In this document: piece by piece, positions 12,760 through 26,590 of the stretch
Layout of the letters: each line of letters opens with the position of its first letter
How positions within the stretch are numbered: the first letter of the stretch is position 1
NCBI GenBank assembly: GCA_951406725.2
Contig: OX597824.1
Span: 72,354,001 to 72,418,000 of the forward strand
Length of the DNA stretch: 64,000 nt
Source of the DNA: Octopus vulgaris
Lineage: Eukaryota
Direction of reading: 5' to 3'
Notes under the pieces: generated by a model
Told to the model about the DNA's origin: nothing
Databases searched by the model: none
The model's input: the letters and a program-made list of their open reading frames with translations, nothing else
Position numbers and translations under genes: made by a program

Positions 12760-13234
12760 ATTCCTAACTACTCCCACATTTTGCGGTGCAGTTTAACCAA
12801 AACCGGGTATCTTATAGTCGTGATTCATATCGAGCCCTTCTGGGTATTAGCGCGCGTCTACGATGAGTCTACGATTTTAAAAATAATTTAACATCATTTT
12901 TTTATTCCATTTTAATGCATATTTTTTCGTGTGTCGATGGCGGCGGAGTTGGCGTCCATGGTCACACCTGCACCTGTGTTGCTTCTACCCCTTCTTCCCT
13001 CCCTCGTGAAGCTGTAGGGAAGGGAGTGTAAGGAAATCAACGTCGTAAAGCATTGTCAAGGAGACCAGCGTTCTTTTAGAACAACGACTTCATGGCTTGA
13101 AGACACCAAAATTACCATAATTTTTTATTCCATTTTTAATGCATTTTTTTGCTATTTTTTTGCTATAACTCACTAAAAATGCTTATATAGTTATTTCCCT
13201 TACAAACCCGAGCAACGCCGGGCGATACTGCTAG
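12760..13234 (+). mobile_element. Non-autonomous Helitron, 5'-truncated, with extra internal segment
   Basis: Same core and hairpin-CTAG|T end as 9886-10281. Carries additional sequence at ~12928-13110. Confidence 0.85.
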
Positions 13235-13739
13235 TCTAACAATAAAGTTCTGTGAGAATTAACGTTAATCGCAAACACTATTTCAACCACAATCACAGGA
13301 AAAACAAATCACAAGATTTATAAAAGCAACAGGGAAAATTCACAAGAAGAAAAGTCACATCAGCTTTACTGTAGTTTTAAAGAGCAACATTTAATTCAAA
13401 GAAGTTTTAAATAACAAATGCTTAGCTACTAATGGGGAAGGCTCATCCGCCAAAACTCTCAAAGATAAACTTTTAATATAGACAGATCTAAAAAAAGTTA
13501 AAGGTGAAAGTTTTCCACTTTATATATATTTTTTTTTTTAGAAAAATGCCTAATGGAAATACTTTGCAAAGACCTTTCAAAACTTCTCCCTCAACCAATC
13601 AGCCGAAAAGCCGATATCAGCAACTGAAATACAGGAATCGATGAGTGATTGTACAAATCACCCGGTTGGGAGAGTCTCCGCTACAAATTTTTTTAAAGTT
13701 AACACGAAATTTGTTTGATAGCTGGCAGTAGAAAGGAAG

Positions 13740-15220
13740 AAATCCTGCAGCTGTGACAGTACTGCTGAGGAAGGACGTCGGGTAAGTCGTAGATAATTTT
13801 CGGGTTATAACTCTGCTAAATACAGAGTTTAAGACTGACCAGTTTTAGCGAAAAGACTGGTGCTTGTCGTTGGTGAGCAGGGTGAGGAAGCGCAAACGTG
13901 CGCAATCCCGAACAGATATATTCACAGCAACTTCTGCTTTGTGCTTCGGTGTGGCTTTGATCAATATGGGTCAGTCGAAGGCATTCGATATGGTTGACCA
14001 TCGTTACTTGGAAGTCGTTCTGAACTCGGTCGCTACTTAATGGTCAAAATAAATAGCTACCAATCGGAACCGTTTCGCATTGCACACTTGGTCCGTTAGG
14101 ACTGCCTGCTCTTGCCTTTTCTGTATGTGCTGGTTCTCGAACCACTGCTGCGGAGGTTGGGACAGCTGAGGGGTATCCCATTCGAACTAGGACCCGGGAG
14201 GATAGTGCCGACGTACACGGACGACGTTATCGTTATGGTGTTGGACGCCTCCGAAGTAGACCATTTTAAAGGAATACAAATCGGTGTTTGGTGCCAAGAT
14301 TAAAACCAACAAATCGGTAGACTTGCAGCTAGGGACTTGGAGATGTAGCCCCACACTGTCGGACGGCGTTATCGGACGCTGAACTGAGGGATCGGTTAAA
14401 CAGCTTAGAGTCTGGTTCTGTTCCGATCTCCAGGTGGATAAGAACTGAGATGAGGGGATGAACAAATTGGCAGAGACGAAACTGTCACTGAAAGGACGCC
14501 TGATCGTTGTGCCTTGCCCTAGCTACCATCTGATCAGGGTGAAGTGTCTGTATTCAGTTTCTCGTCGAAGGGACGCGTTCCATTGGTCAAGTGGTCAGTC
14601 TGTTGCCAGTACCCTCAAGAGAGGCAGCTTAGGTATGCGGTAGCTGTTGATGCTCAGACACGCAATGAGGTTGCACCACCTGCAACATTTCCTTGACGAT
14701 GAACCTGTGTCGGCACCATTCGTGAGGTACGCACGTCTTTCTGAAGGTCGTGTTCTTGACGGAGCAGCAGGTCTTTGGTGAAGCAAAAACTGAAACTGGG
14801 TGCCTGACACCTACAGTATCACCAGGCGCTCACCGCCTTTTACGAGTCGGGCAACGGGATCGATGGATGTTCCACTTTAGAAATCTGTAGAAGAGTAGTG
14901 ACAGGGAAGTATGATGACGAATTGGCTAGTTTGTTCCGGAGTTCTTTCAGGTGAGGGACTATCATAGATAATTTCCAGAAGTCCTTGGCCTGGCAGTTCT
15001 ATCAAGAGGCGTTACTGGTTCGAGATAAACTCTACAAAGTCGGATGAACCCCGTCTGGCGGACTTGTACGAGATGAGCGTAGAGCGACGAAACCGTTCTG
15101 CATGCTCTCGTTCGCTGTCTGAGCATTGTTGACTTGTGGAGTTATGTAGAAGGATCCGTCTTTCAGCCGAGTACATTGTGATGACTACCTCGCCGCCCTG
15201 CTTTAACCGGGCAGGTAAGG
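13740..15220 (+). mobile_element. Degenerate Tx1/L1-clade LINE ORF2 (RT and CCHC relic)
   Basis: Motifs ALINMGQSKAFDMVDHRYL, LYVLVLEPLLRRL, YTDDV, GSLGM and C..R...DETVLHALVRC, with many stops and frameshifts. Confidence 0.88.
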
Positions 15221-15375
15221 TTTTTTTTTCATATTCTGGTAATTTGATTTATCGACTCAAAAGGCAAAATTGACCTCGTCGGGATTTGAACTCAGGACGA
15301 AAACATTCGAAACAATGTCTTATGCGGTTTTTCTTCCAACTTCTTACTCAAGCAGTTCAGTCAATCCATCTGCAG

Positions 15376-15445
15376 AATTGACCTTTTAACCATGTTGTAC
15401 CATCTTCAGAGAAAGAACGCCCGTCTTCTGTCCAGAGAAAGATCT
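15376..15445 (+). CDS. Possible small exon (IDLLTMLYHLQRKNARLLSRERS)
   Basis: ctgcag acceptor and gtatgt donor flank an open frame. The opposite strand is also open, so this is ambiguous. Confidence 0.2.
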
Positions 15446-15946
15446 GTATGTTATTGTATACAAACTTGGATTCAGTTAAACTGTCCCGTCTAATTCGCGT
15501 AACTGCATACACTGGCAATATAGATTAATTCATAATGCAGTACACAGCATTTCTGTTTTGTTTTGCTTTGTTCTCGTAATTTGAAATGTAAGATGCAACG
15601 ATTTATAAAGAGAAATTGCTGCAAAGTTACCTTCTTGGTGCATCTTTTGGTGATTTTGTAAACAGGCTGACACTTTCGAAACTTCGAAGATGTACTTGTC
15701 GAAGAAATGATTTGATTTGAGAACGTAATGTTGGAAATGAAGCAATTAGATAACAGAGTTATTTTAACCATCTAATAACACATATAAACAGTTAAATCCC
15801 CTATTAAATTTATTTCTTGTGGTGCCAAAATCTTCGTCGCTCAGTTGTGATAGCTTTTGTGATAGTCAAAAGAGCACTTCAGTGTGATTCAACACGAAGT
15901 CTTAAATCAAGTCATTTGTTAGAAAATTGTAGTCTAATCCTGAAAT

Positions 15947-16503
15947 CACTAGTGTAACTAGAGTGTGTTGCAGCCCGGGGCGCGAATTTTTTCCCCACGA
16001 GAGTTCCGGACCCCAGTAATGAACTCATTTGCATACAGCCAATTAAAGCTCACTTTGACTTTGTTGTCAAGTTAACAAAGGTTGTTACTGGTGGCAGAAA
16101 CCTCGTTGGTGTTGGTGGACGGTTGAAGTATTGTTTGAAAAGTGTGAAAGGAAAGGTGTCGTTCAGCTCTCAGATTATGCCTAACAAGGACAACAAGCAT
16201 TATTAAAAGAGAAAAGAAACATGGTCATTTCTTAACATGACCTTATCTTATCGTCAATCACTTGTTATGCGCTCATAAATTAGTTTGATAGTTGAGCTCT
16301 GATTGGCTGTATGCAAATGAGTTCATAACTGGGGTCCGGAACTCTCGTGGGAAAAAATTCGTACGCGGCGTGTCCTTTCCGTTTAATGCCCCAAGCCCCC
16401 ACAAAAACCACATATTGCCTACAGCAGACCCAAAAGTGCCGTCCCTTTAAAAGTGCCGCCCGGACTGGACCGCCCCTACCGTCCCCCATCAACTACGCTA
16501 GTG
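15947..16503. mobile_element. hAT-like MITE containing an inner inverted-repeat element
   Basis: TIRs cactagtgta / tacgctagtg, with 8-bp flanks cctgaaat / gctggaat (6/8). Inner ~70-bp inverted repeats at 15983-16052 and 16293-16360. Confidence 0.65.
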
Positions 16504-16665
16504 GCTGGAATATAAGGTATACCTATTAATAAACAATTTAGATTTGATGTGATAAGTAAATATAGTTGATTGTATTACTTCGTGGACAGAAAAAAGTTGG
16601 ATCGTTTTAATAAAAAAATCTTCATAAAAAATCATTAAAGTAGAAGTCATGTTTCAATAGAATAT

Positions 16666-17106
16666 TGTATGTATGTATGTATGTATGTATGTATGTATGT
16701 ATGTATGTATGTATGTATGTATGCATGCATGCATGCATGCATGCATGCATGTATGTATGTATGTATGTATGTATGTATGTATGTGTATGTGTATGCATGT
16801 GTGTGTGTATGTACGTATACGAAAGAATGTATGTATGCATGTGTGTGTGTGTATGTATATATGTATGCTTATATGTATGTATGTACGTGTGTATGTATGC
16901 ATGTATGTGTGTATGTATGAATGTTTGTAGTGTATGTATATGTGTGTATGTGTGTGTGTGTATTTATGTATGAATGTGTGTGTATATATATGTATGTGTG
17001 TATGCATGTATGTATATATGTATGTGAGTATGTGTACATTTGTGTGCATGAAATGTATGTCTATGTATATATGCATGTATAAGTATCTATATGTATATAT
17101 ATGCAT
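16666..17106. repeat. (ATGT)n/(GCAT)n compound microsatellite
   Basis: Directly visible. Confidence 0.95.
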
Positions 17107-17251
17107 GCACTAACATCGTCGGTAACAGCTTTATGAGTTTTAACACTCATGACATTACCAACACACGCACACACACGCGCGCGCTCACACACATACACAC
17201 ACACATTCATATATATGTGTTAGTAGTATGATATAAAATACATTTAAATGA

Positions 17252-17283
<32 letters not shown>

Positions 17284-17418
17284 GAGTATATATACATATA
17301 TTATACACACATACATACGCACACATGTATGCATAGATATAATATATATATATATATATATATGAGTATATATACATATATTATACACATATACATACGC
17401 ACACATGTATGTATAGAT

Positions 17419-17439
<21 letters not shown>

Positions 17440-17453
<14 letters not shown>

Positions 17454-17660
17454 CTGTGTTTGTCCCCCTAGCATTGCTTGACAACCGATGCTGGTGTGTT
17501 TATGTCCCCCGTCACTTAGTGGTTCGGCAAAAGAAACCGATAGAATAAGTACTGGGCTTACAATGAATAAGTCCCGGGGTCGAGTTTCTCGACTAAAGGC
17601 GGTGCCCCAGCATGGCCGCAGTCAAATGACTGAAACAAGTAAAAGAGTAGAGTAAAAGAG
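17440..17660 (+). mobile_element. CORE-type SINE, 3' half
   Basis: gcttgacaaccgatgctggtg...cagcatggccgcagtcaaatgactgaaacaagtaaaagag. Confidence 0.8.
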
Positions 17661-17775
17661 TATGTATATATATATATATATATATGCGTGTGTGTATGTA
17701 GACATGCATGCACACACACACACACACGCGTGCAGACACACGCGTGTGCACACACACACAAACAAACACACACAC

Positions 17776-17782
<7 letters not shown>

Positions 17783-17868
<86 letters not shown>
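17783..17868. repeat. (CA)n microsatellite
   Basis: More than 40 perfect units. Confidence 0.97.
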
Positions 17869-17869
<1 letters not shown>

Positions 17870-18624
17870 CACAGCACCGCACATAGAAACCACTGATTTG
17901 CTAGTTTGAGAAGAGGCAGGCGTAATACAGTTTTACCAATTCGCTCTATAACATCACATGCCACAAATACCAACAACCAAGTAATTGAGAAATCTGGACA
18001 TCTTGACTTAGTTAAAGATTTCAGGAATGTGTTATAGTTTCTGACTATAATTTATTTGTTTGTTTTTATTAAAAAAAAATGTTTCGAATAATGATTTCAA
18101 ACATTGGCACAAGGCCAGACATTTTTAGGGGTTTAAAATAATAAAATATATTTGTAACATTTTCTTTTCTTTTTTTTTTTTTTTCAACAGACAGTAGAAA
18201 TGCCGTTCTCCTGCATCATTCTTTCAAAGCATTCCTATCCAACACACACACACACACACAAACACACATACACGCGCAAACACGCTCGCACGCATGCACG
18301 CACACATGTACATACACACAAACACACTCGCACGCGCAGATAATAGCGCGCGCATTTATGCACTCAGCCTCTCACTTCCTCTCTCTTTCTTTCTCTGCTG
18401 CTCCTCCTCTCTCACTTCTTTCTGCGGCCATGCTGGGCCCAACGTCTTCAAGGCAAGTACTGAGTCGACCATATCGATCTCAGTACCAGTATTTATTTAT
18501 ATATTTAGTTTATTGTTTATTTTGTCGAGATCTATTTGTCGGACTGCTAGGTTTTAGGATGATACTGTGACAAACTATAGCAGCTTTTAGATCGAAAGCA
18601 TAATACATGCACACACATGTATAC

Positions 18625-18656
18625 AGAGAGATAGACAGACAGACAGAGACAGATAG

Positions 18657-18693
<37 letters not shown>

Positions 18694-18722
18694 TAGATAG
18701 ATAGATAGATAGAGAGATAGAT

Positions 18723-18805
<83 letters not shown>

Positions 18806-18858
18806 TATATAGATAGAGAGATAGATAGAGAGAGAGATAGATAGAGAGAAAGATAGAG

Positions 18859-18952
<94 letters not shown>
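18625..18952. repeat. (GATA)n/(GACA)n microsatellite
   Basis: Directly visible. Confidence 0.95.
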
Positions 18953-19549
18953 GGATTGACTGCGAATCACAAGTTTGCGAAGTTAACTTCTTAACCATTC
19001 ATGTATGTGTCACGGCATTTGCATGCATGCATGAATGCATGGAAGCATGTATGCGTGTATGTATGTATGTATGTATGTATGGATAGATGGATGGATGGAT
19101 GGATGGATGGATGTACATGTGAGCGGATGCAAATGTTATATAAACACACATACACGTGCGTTATATAATACATTTAATTTATACACATTCACACAATTAT
19201 CTCTCTCAGTCCGTTTGTGTGTGTGTGAGTATCCATATATATGTGTGTGTGTGTGCATTTTATTTAAGTATACCCGTCTGACTGTTCTATCTATCGATCT
19301 ATCCATCTATTTATTTTTTTTATTTTCGCCACCATACTTTCCCCTATTATCTCCAAACTTTTATCTATACATAATTCGAATTTCTAGTTGTATTTCTAAG
19401 TCTTTAATGTCCATAAATTCCATAGCATCTAAATAATAGCTTGAAAAAAAAAAAAAAAAAAAGCTGAAAAATTAATTCAGGTGGAAACAAGGAGACAAAG
19501 AAACAACAAATAAAATAAAAAGAAAACCATAAACTATGGCAAGTTTCCT

Positions 19550-19715
19550 CGGAACCAATCGAAGCAAAATTCGAAAGGTTCAGATTTTCAGCCAATCATC
19601 GATTCCCATCAATCACGAGCCCTACACTAGCCAACCAATCAGCCAACCAAGCGTACCTTGTTCTGTTACTGTGCCCTATAAAATAGTAGCAGCAGACAAA
19701 CGCTCGCTTGCTCAC
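19550..19715 (+). promoter_or_regulatory. Candidate Pol II promoter (CCAAT cluster plus TATA box)
   Basis: CCAATC near 19555, 19591 and 19635, TATAAAA at 19677-19683, and a YCA initiator-like site about 30 nt downstream. Locally CpG-rich. Confidence 0.35.
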
Positions 19716-19739
19716 ACCCCGACCGACCGAAGCAACCCA

Positions 19740-19794
19740 CCCACCCTTCCATCCACCCTCCCATCCACCCTTCCATCCATCCATCCATCCATCC

Positions 19795-19883
<89 letters not shown>

Positions 19884-19900
19884 CCTATCTACCTATCTAC

Positions 19901-19972
<72 letters not shown>

Positions 19973-20015
19973 TTATCTATCTATCCTGCCTGCCAGCCCG
20001 TCTGTCTGTCTGTCT
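19740..20015. repeat. (CCAT)n/(TATC)n microsatellite
   Basis: Directly visible. Confidence 0.95.
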
Positions 20016-21311
20016 GTCTCGCTAGCTAGCTACACACGTATAGTTTCTTTTCTTTTTACTTGTTTCAGTTATTGGATTGCGGCTATGCTGGGGCACCACA
20101 CATACACACGCAATCACGCACACACTCATGTACGCACGCGCGCAGACACACACACACACGCACGCATACAGAACTCTGTTTTGTTAGAAATAAACCAGCC
20201 TCATCCTTCCAAATATTAAAAAGAGACGTACAATATCTATCTAACCAAATACTGGCTATACATAAATATATAGAAAAAAGGATAAATAGACATAAATTTG
20301 ATGCATGTGAGGGGAATTACCCTGGGTCGCCTTTTGCAAAAATTGATCGACTGATATAGGGCAACCGTGATCGAGCAGAACTCTGATCAAAGGCATTCCA
20401 GCTATGATCCTATCGCCTTTTATTTAGGGAATTGTGGGACCACATTATCTAATGTGTCCTTTGTTTAAGACGTGGAGTATGTTATAAGACAGAGATATAT
20501 GACTGCTTTATCTAGCAGGTTAAGCAACCTCGCAGAGGCGTGCAGGTACACGCCTGCAAATTTATCGAGAAGATGAGGGATGAGACAGAGGATTTTCATA
20601 TTTGAGAAGTGTATTGGCTCCAACCGAGGATCGAAACCCGTTCGCAAACTTGACTTCCTCTGTCGCTCGCCATAAATGTTAATACGTGCACGCTTACAAA
20701 CACACTCACATACATCTTACACAACCAAATAAACATACACACTCAGGTGCACGTGTACGTGCCTATGAGAAATCTCAATTGTTCGAACTAAATAATTATA
20801 GCTGTGAAGTTCTACCCGTCACACGCTTGTTCAGAATATTGAATATTATGTATGTGACGAGTACTGTAGTGCAGAGAGAGCCAATGCATATAATCCGAGA
20901 TGCCTATCCTCGTTTCAATCCTCATCTAGAGCCCTTTCAATTCTCTTTAGATTCTATACTCTGCCACCTTGTTCCAATGCCTTTCGGAATGTCATGAATG
21001 TCATATGATCCAGTTTTTTTTTTCTCTTTTCTTTACGAAAACATAGTCTTTAACAAATTATTGTTATATACCAAGAAATAAAAGCTGGATTATCATTATT
21101 TTTTTCCTTTCAAGAAACAAAATTAATAAACCCCTAATGTATATTCCTATTTTACTGATATTTCTAAGAATTGTTTCGGCGTACGAAGTTAAATATTTTG
21201 GTTAACTACACATATTTCATGCAAACGTGCATACACACACATACATACACATACATACATACACACATACATATATATATACAATCTTATATATGTGTAA
21301 GCATATATATA

Positions 21312-21389
<78 letters not shown>

Positions 21390-21422
21390 TATATATATGT
21401 GAACATATATATAATGTTCACT

Positions 21423-21465
<43 letters not shown>

Positions 21466-22820
21466 TTATGTGCATTTAATTATATATATTTATATGTATA
21501 TAATGCATATATGCACAGGCATATGTATATACACATATATGAATACATACATACACATACACACACATATATACACATAGATACATACACGTATGCATAC
21601 ATTATTATACATATGTTTGTTTTTATGTTAAAAGAATCACATGCTTTATGGAAACAAACACACACATTTAGACACCCCCCTCTCTCTCTCTCTTTCCTAC
21701 ATTCATCTCTATCTCTACTTTCTTACATGTATATGTATTTATTTATTTTGTACGTAAATATGTAATAATTTTGTCTTGCAATCTAAAAATAAAACATTTT
21801 TTCATCAGGGATTATTATCTTCTATTTTCTAAGGGTGCATGTAGTGGGAGAAAGTAGAGAAATAAAGAAATACAAAGGTATAATGAGAAGCAAAGGAGAG
21901 AAATAAGTAGATAGAGAGAGAGAGAGAGTGAATGTATGAGAAGGATTAAGTGAGGGAGAGTAAGAGGAGTGAGCGAAGACTGATTTAGTCAAGTACTAGA
22001 GAGAAAATAAAAGTAGGTAAATAGATAGAAAGAGAAAGATAAAGGGAGGAAAAGTGCCTTTTTATATCTCCCTCTCTCTCATCATCCATTCCTTTTCTTT
22101 TCCCTGCGAGTGCTTTGTGTTTTAGCCTAGGAAGTGCGCCTCATCTATCGGAGAACAACCCACTTACCAGGGGAGATAATGTTTGCACAAGTTTTATATA
22201 TGTATATATATGTAAAATTTAAAGAAGAAAGAAAGAATAAATGAATGAGAGAGAGGGAGAGAGTGTATGTGTGAGAGAGAGAGAGAAAAGATACAAGGTA
22301 AGCGAATAAGAGACTGACAAAGAGAGTGAGGGAGACGTGCAGCGATGATGGCGACCATCCCAGCTTGGATTGTTTTGTCAGACATGTACGCAAACCGCCG
22401 CAGCCGTCATCGACGACGACGGGCAATCGTGTGGTGTGGCGGTCGCTGGGAATGGTAACCAAGCGCAGATTTTTACAGGAGCAATAATTACAAGGATTAA
22501 TAATAATAATAACAACATAGTAATAATTAATTAATTTGATTGACAATAATTCGTAACTAAATTGGTGGTGGTGTGTTCTGTGAGTGTTGTGTTTTTGACG
22601 TCCGTCTCGTCAACATCGTCATATATTAGGGAGAGAGACAGAGCGAGCGAAGGAGAGAGAGAGAGAGAGAGAGCAGTCAGCAAAGCTAGTTAGCTAGCTG
22701 CAAGCCAGTTTTCTTTGATGAATGAAGAGATGTAACAGGGAAGGAAAGCAATATCACTAGTTATAGAAGAGTCATATATACACGCGCGCATATATATATA
22801 TATAAATATATATATATATT

Positions 22821-22854
<34 letters not shown>

Positions 22855-22996
22855 CTGTCAACAGATTTGAAACTTTTCACTGTAAGACCCAAACCAAAGC
22901 AGAATATCATACAAGGAAAGGCATAAAAGAAGAAAAATTTAAGTCTATCTCTTTCCCCCAGAGCATGCCAGCCTTGGCCGCTGTGCTGGGTTCACC

Positions 22997-23146
22997 ATGG
23001 CTCACATATTCCATGGTTACGAACTGTTACTGTTTAAAAGATTCCATTCGGAACCGAGCCTTTGGTTGGAATGGAAGAATAAGCTATTGGAGAAAAGCCG
23101 CGATGCCCCATCACCAACGTCTCTCATTGACCTGGAAGACATCGGA
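22997..23146 (+). CDS. Candidate first coding exon (exon 22962-23146) of an unidentified gene: MAHIFHGYELLLFKRFHSEPSLWLEWKNKLLEKSRDAPSPTSLIDLEDIG
   Basis: Polypyrimidine acceptor ctctttcccccag ending at 22961, strong Kozak caccATGg, consensus donor gtaagt at 23147. Complex, GC-richer island among repeats, and phase 0 matches the exon at 57942. Confidence 0.6.
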
Positions 23147-23206
23147 GTAAGTATAGACATATCCCTTCTATTTCTATACGCGTGTTTGTTTCTATGTATG
23201 TGTGAG

Positions 23207-23238
<32 letters not shown>

Positions 23239-23460
23239 CTGTTGTCACTGTCTATGTATATCACCGCCCATTTCTATTTATTTATTTTTTTAAAGTCTAT
23301 TTGTCAATCTCCCTCTCTCATATATATAAATCCATTCTTACATACACATACATATACTTGTTCAAATGTACGAGAGTAATGTAATGTATTCGAATTTGTG
23401 TAAGGAAGTGTCTCTGTGTGTCATGTTATCGAATTTATATTTGCGCGCGTGTGTGTATAG

Positions 23461-23494
<34 letters not shown>

Positions 23495-23616
23495 GCGTGT
23501 GTGTATGTATGTATGTATATATAAATGAATCTATAAATGTAATATCGAATTTATGTACATACATGTATGTAATGGATTGTAATCTAATTTATATAATATA
23601 ATACACTGTAATCTAA

Positions 23617-23652
<36 letters not shown>

Positions 23653-23879
23653 TGTACATATAAACTAACGAATTATCTATCTATCCACACACACACTCTG
23701 TGTTTCGTTTTATAAGTGTATGTGTCAAATTCTGAACCCTCCCCTATTCCACTTCATTTCCGTGTGTCATGTCTGTCTCACAGCTGTCTCTACGGTCCGG
23801 TGTATTTCATTTTATTAACGTCACACCTTAACAATTTTTACATTACACATATGGAATTATGCACATACACAGGTAGAGG

Positions 23880-23919
<40 letters not shown>

Positions 23920-24058
23920 ATATACACGTTATATGTATGTGTGTGTGTGTGGAATATTTCATAGGAATATATATAGATAAATATATAATACTTTTTTTTT
24001 AATAATTATATATGTTGTATTTATATTCTATGAAGAAGAAATACATATGTATATATGC

Positions 24059-24245
24059 AATGTTATTACCAGTTCAAATATGCTTGTGGCACGTTCGAAC
24101 CCGTAAGCTAGCCATTCGCTGTGTTTTGTGATGGGGAAAATTTCTCGCAGTTCTTGTAGAAATGCAATGTTATGACAAAACACAGTGAATGGCGTGCTTA
24201 CGAGTTCGAACGTGTCACAAGCATATTTGAACTGGTATTAACATT
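24059..24245. repeat. Long hairpin (~72-bp arms, ~40-nt spacer)
   Basis: aatgttattaccagttcaaatatgcttgtggcacgttcgaac... versus ...gttcgaacgtgtcacaagcatatttgaactggtattaacatt. Confidence 0.88.
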
Positions 24246-26289
24246 ACTTTTATACACCTGACTGCTTAGCGCTCCCACCTCATAATAAATATATATATAT
24301 TTATATATTATTAAAAGGCAACACATACACGCGCACAAACAACATAAGAGAGGGTGAGATTTATATGCATATAACATATACATGATATATATATATGTGT
24401 GTGTAATACATATAATGTTAAGTACATGTGATATATACATGTAAGATATATATATATATTTATAATATAGACTTTATATAAAGATATAGATCATATTTTT
24501 GTCGATTTATATAACTTTATGAAATAGATTACATATATATGTGTGTATAAAATACATTCATGGTATATGTAAAATTGATATATATAAATATTTTGTATTT
24601 ATATATATTGTATAGGGGCTCTTCAGTATTATTCTCATCAAACCATACCCGTCTACCTATCGCATTCCCCGCACCTCATCGACATCCTTAGATACACAAA
24701 TGGACTAACACATACTAATTAACTTGAATAAATGTGCTGCCAACAATGCCTAGCTATCCGGTGGAAACCAAACATGTGTCCATGCATACACCGTATGCCT
24801 CCTAATTATCTGCCCCTGATGACTATGTGCTAAGCCAATCTCGCTGGAGTCGCTGGAATGGTGTGAATTCTTATGTAGGTCTGTTTGGATAATACAAGTA
24901 TGATGTGCAGTATGGCTGAATGTTTAACATGTTTACTTTACAATCACAAGAATCTGGGCTTGATGCTACTATGTGATATCTTGAGTATATATGTCACTTC
25001 TAAAGCTATGGCTGGAGCTTTAAATTTTGAGAGAAATTTGGTTGAGTTGAAACTGTAGAAGTCCGTGAAATTGATTACACTTAAAATTCAAAGGTCTAGT
25101 TTTATGATACTGTGTCACACTGATTTTGTAAACGAATTACTTTACGGGTACATGTTTGTGTGTGGTGTACTCGACCACTTTTGAATTAATTCAGTTATGC
25201 CCTACCAGTTACAATCATGTGTAAAATTATTCAATTATTCTTGCAGGCCGTAAGAGTTATATTTCCACGTGCAGTATGAGAATCGGTATTTCTGGGCAGT
25301 AGCATCACTTATCTCCTTGCTATGAGTTATATTTCAGTAATTATATTGCAAATATCTAGCTTAGTTTTGCCATACTTATTATCACTCCGAAAGACACCAC
25401 ACACAAGGAAAAGTTCTCTGTATACCAATACACTTTCCAGAAACTGAAGAAGGTAACATGATGGAAAGAGAAAAAGTTAAATTCTATTTCATGTGCACTA
25501 CTTTTGCTCTGTTATTTAAAAGTTCAACCACAAAACAATTGACAATAATAACAAAGAAAGAACAAGGACCTGGTAATGAAATGCAGAAATAGTTAATGCC
25601 CTTGATGGTAAGCCAGATAAATAAAACAAAACAAAAGGCCTTTATCCATAAGCCTTATGGTAAGATTATCAGGTGCATCACACTTCTTTGTGTGGGAGGT
25701 CCTTGTATAAATGTTTAAAATGGAAGTGTCTGTCAGACTTTCCAACCAACAGTTTTCAGTTGTTCAATCAGCTAAACTAACAGGATTGTTGAATTAATGT
25801 GTAGGTGGTTGAGCATTCCACAGACATGTACCCCTAGTGTAATTCTCCCATACAATCATCAAGACACTGTAGGACAAAGCTGGACCTTTGCTTACTCTTA
25901 CAATCCATCTTATAGGCTTCTATATAGTCTCTGTCCTGAGGTTGACTTCAGGCTATAGAAAATTACACTTGTTTAAGGTGGAATTGAGTCTCGTACCTTG
26001 TGGTTGCGAAGTGAACTGCTTAATCATTTGACCGTATGTCATCTACTTTGTGTGTGTAAATATATATATATATATATTGTATGTACATACATATGTATAA
26101 CATGATATATGCAATATGTATATTATATATATTATAATACACGCATGTTTATGATCAGTATGCCAACAACATTGACCAGATGATCTTAACATCATGTTTA
26201 AAAATCACCCAAGGTTAGGACCTTGTACCTCACACCTATTACACAAATGAAACTCAGAGCACTTAAATGTAAAGTAACACAGCTATTTC

Positions 26290-26590
26290 GCCTTAACTGG
26301 TCTGGTTTTGTCTAATACTGTGCTGAAAGAAATCAAGACTCCATAATGTTCAATCAGTGTCAGAACAAAGTTGTCCAAAGGATCCCTGAAAAACAACTGG
26401 CTGCTCTTTTAGATGGGTTGCAGAACCACATCCCGCTTGTAGATTTCATGTTTTGATGTCTCCTACCTGACACCAACCACTCTGCAGGGAGCATGCTCTG
26501 GATGCTTATTTCTATGGCAAGGTAGTCATGCCTTCTCTTGACACCAAACTGCACTGGATAAATTGTAGTTGAGAAAATGAAGTGAGATCA
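26290..26590 (-). mobile_element. Possible very old LINE (RTE-like) C-terminal relic
   Basis: Complex sequence with only a weak SGRR-type resemblance to the RTE ORF C-terminus. Confidence 0.25.
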
